Positions 60,301-64,000 of a stretch of DNA of 64,000 nt are shown in pieces; positions within the stretch are counted from its first letter, which is position 1; every line of letters begins with the position of its first letter. The stretch is from Orbicella franksi (Eukaryota), in NCBI GenBank assembly GCA_964199315.1, contig OZ116698.1, positions 11,222,001-11,286,000 on the forward strand, written 5' to 3'. The translations under genes were made by a program, and so were the position numbers. Under the pieces are notes generated by a model. The model did no database searches, was not told the origin of the DNA, and saw nothing but the letters and a program-made list of their open reading frames with translations.

Positions 60301-63300
60301 GAATGTATGGACCGTCCCCCGGGACGAAAAAAAGTGGCCGTTAGTGGAGGTTCGACTGTATTACTGAACTATGGGATTTTTTCGAGTATTTGTTTCATGA
60401 ACCTTCCGTAGCGCATAAACCACCTAATCAGAACGGCGATACTGTGATTTGGCCAGTCAGGCGATAAACCGAAATAATCACGTGATTTGACTTACATTCT
60501 TTATCAGGGACGACAGGAAAAACAAGTCGTGATTTGATCCGGCTTCGCCACTGGTCACAGCTTTTTGCTTTATAACCTCTGATTGGTATATTAGGCTATT
60601 TGCTCCCGCAGCACTATACTAGGTATGACTGCATCTGTCTTAGTTCCCCAACAGCCATCGAGTTTGATAACCCTCAATTTCTACCCTTGATGCATTCTGC
60701 TGGGTATTCTCCATGCACTTACTTTGACATGAAGTCGCTGGCCGTAAGATCTAAATTGTGTGCCCAAGAACAATGGTGGCGCTGTGATGTACACTACCGT
60801 GACAGTTGAAGTGACAACCAGGCCATTATACGAGGAGTTGGCAAATGGAAAACCGTCACCTGCTCTGTCCACAACTATCCACTCAAACACTGTAACGACA
60901 AGAGCAGAGCAGCTTTTTTATTTAATTGTTTTTGTCATATTAGATATTAGGAAATGAATGTAGTTGTAGTTTTAGCTGACGAATTTTTAACTGTGTTGAA
61001 ATAAAGATTATGTATGTATGTATAGCTCACTTCTTTATATCAGGGCCGTGAAACCAAAACGAAAGTAATAATAGCTGCCAATCGCAGATAACGTAAACAA
61101 TATGACCAATGAAAACTCGAAAAAATGGTGGGAATTGGTTTTGATTTTGCATAGATTCGTCACATAAATAAAAAGCACAAATATAAGTACTTAAATTCAA
61201 AATTCAGTGTTTGTCATTCTGAGCAATATTCTCCTACAATCATTGCAACAGAAAGAGTCACATGCAATGTACAGCACACACCATTGTGATGTCGCCATAA
61301 TTGCTGCGATTGCCGTTTTATAAATTGTACAATGTGAGCTTCATTGTGAATGACCAATGATGTCTTTAGTTTTGGTTTTATGTTAGTTAATAGAAAGTAG
61401 AAAGCACTCTAAAAACGGTAATAAAACAAACTGTACCTTATCACAGTTAGAGAACTGCACAGGGGAAAGATACTAACCTGTTTTGTTGACAAAATGGCTT
61501 GTAATGGCTGATGCAACAAATCCTTCTGCGGATGTACAAGTGAGTGCTCGACCGTAGCCAAAACAGTGCAGACATCCTTGTTGATTGGCAGTGTCCAAAT
61601 TATATGTGCCATCTTTACAGCTGTCGCAGTTATGACCTTTAACGTTATCTTTACAGAAACATTCCCCTGTTGTTAAATGGCAAGCAGTATGCAAAGATCC
61701 AGCACTTGAACACTGACAAGCTGAAAGACATTTAGAATTTTGCAGTAAGTATGTCTGTTGTGTTCCAGTTTTATATATTGGCCTTGAATGGCGATATGCC
61801 AGGATGTAATAACAAAGTCACTGTGAAGTACAAAATACTAAAGGAAATCTTGGGCGTTGGCATTACAGTTTACTAATTAAAAGTAGAAAGAGAACAAACA
61901 AGAACAAGAAATGTTCACAATAAACTTCAGTATAACTTTTGAAAAGCTCAGGCCAAACTTTTTGCGTCATTTTGAATGCTTGTATATACATGTGGCACAA
62001 GTTAACTGCAACTGTAAAATTTATCTACTGTGTTAACTTAGCAAATAGCCTTACTCTCAGAGGAGAGCTAGGAACTAAGAGAGTTAACTTAGCAATCTTC
62101 TTACGTTGACACCCAGCAGAAGAGAATCCATAAAATCCATTATCACATGAGTCACATGTACGACCCACCACACCAGGCTGACAGTCACACTGGCCTCCAT
62201 AAGCTTCACATTGTGAACCTGTCACACTACCAGTGGGCTCACAACCACATGCTGTACAAACAAAAAAGAAATTGTATAGGATTATCTTAACAAAAATATG
62301 TACTATCGATTGCTATAAACCTACTTTTGAATACCACTAGGCTTCTTGCCTTTCAAGTCACTTTGAGGAAAGGCATAATAGAGAGAATGTCGTGAAACAA
62401 AGGGGAGGATTTAATTTTTAGCCAAATCAGCTAGAACCTATGCAAAAAGAATGCAGTATTTATTATTCTTTTAACATGCAGACTCTCTTCTCTACAAATG
62501 GAAGTAGCAAATAACAAAGTATATTTTCTCAGAAATCATACTGAGTCAACATTGTTGAAATGCAAACATCATCAAACTTTTAGAAAGGGTAAAAGTAAGT
62601 AAGAACTTTATTTAAGTGTCAATGTATTTAGCCCATGTGGGCTAATTGGGGACACCCTATTAACTCTACCTAAAAATTTTTATTAATAGTATTATAAGAT
62701 TCTCTTAAAAAAATAAAATTGAAATATCGGCAAACAATGGAAGGAAATAAAAGAGTATATGTTGTCCTAAGAAACACCTTAATTATAATGTTATATTAAT
62801 TAAAGTTTAATATTCTAAAATTCTATATTAATGTACAATTAAAATTCAAAAAATTTGTCCTTTCTTCTTAATGGATGGGTGAGGCCTCTTATTTCAGGCG
62901 AAAAAATTTACTAGCCGCACAGGTTTCCTTGGGTGGGTCAATAGAGCTTCTTTCACAAGACATACCCTAAATACATCAATAAAGAAATGAGAAGAGGTTC
63001 TCATAAGACATGCTGGTGTAGTGGATACTGCAATGCAAACTCCATATACACCAGTAGGTGTTTACAAGTGTCTAACTTTTTAGGGGGTAAAGGGGAATAG
63101 TAATTGGGTACTTACCCAAAGTACCATTGTATATCTCTGTACTAGCAGAAAACACCAGTTTATCACAATAAGCTGGCTCCTGTTCTGCAAGAGACAGAGC
63201 TGCCTGTTCACAGCTCTGCAGCTGATCTTGAATGTCTCTTCCTGACTCAGTGTACACCCTAGTTGCACTGACATCAGGAATCAAGACCACTGCATCAACA

Positions 63301-63784
63301 AGAATAGGACAGTAATCACCACCATCAGTGCTGTTGTAGATCAGTGAGATGTTGTACTTTTCACCTGACAGCAGTGCTACAGTTTGAGGTGACCTCCATG
63401 CCTGTCTTGAACCTTGTTGTAGCTCATCTGCAAAGACCTCAAATTCCACACTGTCATTTGAAATGGTGCTTCTGAGACTCAAAACAAGCTTTGCACCAAA
63501 ACCAAATGTGCAAGTCCTTGAAATGCTATAACGTATAATAACATGGAACTGATGGCTGGCAAAGACTTCAGCATCACTGATGTGAGCATACTGCCCTGGA
63601 TGGAGGGTGGCATAGCCATGGCCAGTGAAGTCTATTCCTTGGCCCTCAGAGGGAGTCAAGGTTGTGAAGGTGCCATCCATGTCTTCCACTTCAAACTTGA
63701 CAAAGTCCAATGCTGGATAAAAGTGCTCTCGCTGAGATCTTTCACACTGGCTCCCTTCAAGTCCAGGACGACAGAAACAAGTTC
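54393..63784 (-). CDS. Laminin chain B, tandem paralogue of chain A (5' part outside window): LF/IVB, LE, L4/IVA, LE, coiled coil
   Basis: Exons: 63784-63116, 62251-62105, 61720-61478, 60889-60723, 59868-59484, 58748-58527, 57805-57641, 57172-56394, 56060-55578, 54881-54393. Introns are GT-AG and phase-compatible. LF motif FYPALDFVKFEVED...FTGHGY...VIIRY; L4 motif YITAPPLFLGTQFRSYGQRL; 8-Cys LE modules; coiled coil ending PSVSPC*. AATAAA on minus at 53526-53521. Confidence 0.88.
57414..57495 (+). mobile_element. Truncated Penelope/retrozyme-type repeat with half a hammerhead motif
   Basis: AGGGCTATCGCTC-GAAA-CGTC-AG followed by CTACGGTGGT...ACCTTTATTAAC. The CUGAnGA half of the core is missing upstream. 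Confidence 0.5.
58798..58918. mobile_element. Short MITE with imperfect 8-bp TSD (hAT-like length)
   Basis: TIR CAGACCCGTACCCAGTCGC / GCGACTGGGTACGAGTCTG. Flanks CATTAGGG / GATTAGGG. Confidence 0.6.
59919..60358. mobile_element. Complete Tc1/mariner (pogo/Tigger-like) MITE, 440 bp, TA TSD
   Basis: TA|CAGTCAAACCTCTCTACAACGGCCAC ... GTGGCCGTTAGTGGAGGTTCGACTG|TA. Confidence 0.85.
62595..62925 (-). repeat. Retroposon 3'-end fragment, copy 2
   Basis: Reverse-complement homologue of 3643-3960. It ends ...GACACTTAAATAAAGTTCTTACTTACTT on minus. Confidence 0.75.
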
Positions 63785-64000
63785 CTAAAACAGGACAATA
63801 AAAAAAGCTCATTGTGCTATGTTTTCCAAGAGTGGTTAAAGTTTAAAAGGGTGATACAGACATTTTTCACCAAACTTCTGAACAGTTGTCTTCATAAACT
63901 GCCCTAATCTTTCCAATTAATTTCTAAATGCTTCTAGTTATTCAGAGTTCTGAAGATGTGAAGAAATCACATCACTTATGCAGTGACATTTGGGCAACAG

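Noticed and set aside
1-64000. CRISPR arrays, rRNA genes or prokaryotic operons
   Set aside because: There are no regularly spaced repeat-spacer arrays or rRNA-like segments, and the window is intron-containing animal DNA.

Overview
This is eukaryotic genomic DNA: AT-rich, with GT-AG introns and dense small repeats. The gene content and repeat families suggest an anthozoan cnidarian, probably a scleractinian coral (inference). All five protein-coding genes I can support lie on the minus strand. (1) An intronless isochorismatase-fold cysteine hydrolase (2309-1632). (2) A single-coding-exon protein joining an N-terminal RRM to a C-terminal Polyhomeotic/Scm-type SAM domain (10995-9562). (3) A complete 26-exon GARNL3 orthologue (RapGAP + CNH; 30945-14150), with a candidate alternative first coding exon at 35727-35543. 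(4) A complete 12-exon laminin chain of hybrid architecture: gamma-type LN, beta-type LF/IVB, L4/IVA and coiled coil (52534-38862, 1842 aa). (5) A tandem paralogue of that laminin, truncated by the window edge (>63784-54393). I assembled the exon models by hand from splice signals, reading-frame continuity and remembered similarity to vertebrate homologues; no database search was run. The rest is transposon debris: a Tx1/L1-like 3' end, a perfect-hairpin Penelope-like insertion carrying two hammerhead-like motifs, tRNA-derived SINEs, many MITEs with readable TSDs, and several palindromic repeat families.
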